NCBI RefSeq assembly: GCF_009914755.1
Contig: NC_060930.1
Length of the DNA: 64,000 nucleotides
Strand: one strand, 5' to 3'
From: the human T2T-CHM13v2.0 reference genome, Homo sapiens
Positions 63,599 to 64,000 of the stretch are shown piece after piece. The notes under the pieces are model-generated. The model was given only the letters and a program-made list of their open reading frames with translations. It ran no database searches and was not told the origin of the DNA. Position numbers and translations under genes: made by a program. Position 1 is the first letter of the stretch. Every line of letters starts with the position of its first letter.

Positions 63599-64000
63599 CT
63601 ATAAAGAAAGAGGACGGAAATCAACAACAAAAAATGCAATGAAGCAAAGTGTTGGACTAACAAGATGACAGTTCCAAGGCCAAGGTTCTTAGTTATATCA
63701 AGCCTTCTCCTGTTTTAACCCATGGCTAATGTACACATTCAATAAACTTTCTTTCACAAAAAAGCATTATTGCTCAAAGCTTCTGGATAAAAGATAAATT
63801 ATCTGCTAGACAAAGACCAGAGAATCACATACTCAAACATGTAGGCGCATCATCAAATTGTTTTTTTTTTAAGTGATGTAAATCACAGTAGCAATGAAAC
63901 AAAGAAGACTATCCAGTAGTCTTAGATTTTCTTAGAATATGTCCACAAATATAAGCCCCAGGATTAGTTCTCTTGAGGAGAGATGTGTTCTACTAATGAG

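Noticed and set aside
63599-63663. Hydrophobic N-terminal extension of ORF 63352..63663 as a signal peptide
   Set aside because: It is translated intron (polypyrimidine tract) upstream of the acceptor at 63599.

Overview
Human/primate genomic DNA (Alu, L1PA and MaLR rich). The only supported protein-coding content is the last two coding exons of METTL24 (C6orf186, an orphan FkbM/Methyltransf_22-like methyltransferase) on the minus strand. These are an internal exon at 63598-63370 and the terminal coding exon at 10716-10402, joined in phase 0 across a 52.7-kb GT-AG intron. The likely 3'UTR of about 2 kb is largely transposon-derived and ends near an AATAAA at about 8410. The intron holds a near-full-length inactivated L1PA4-like element with a 16-bp TSD, an inverted pair of L1PB 3' fragments, many Alus, MaLR/ERVL LTRs, DNA-transposon relics and microsatellites. 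I found no convincing new biological system. The most unusual unexplained structure is a cluster of perfect AT-rich hairpins and opposed polyadenylation hexamers at about 7.3-8.9 kb, around the gene's 3' end. Repeat subfamily calls rest on recalled consensus sequences and should be confirmed with RepeatMasker/Dfam.
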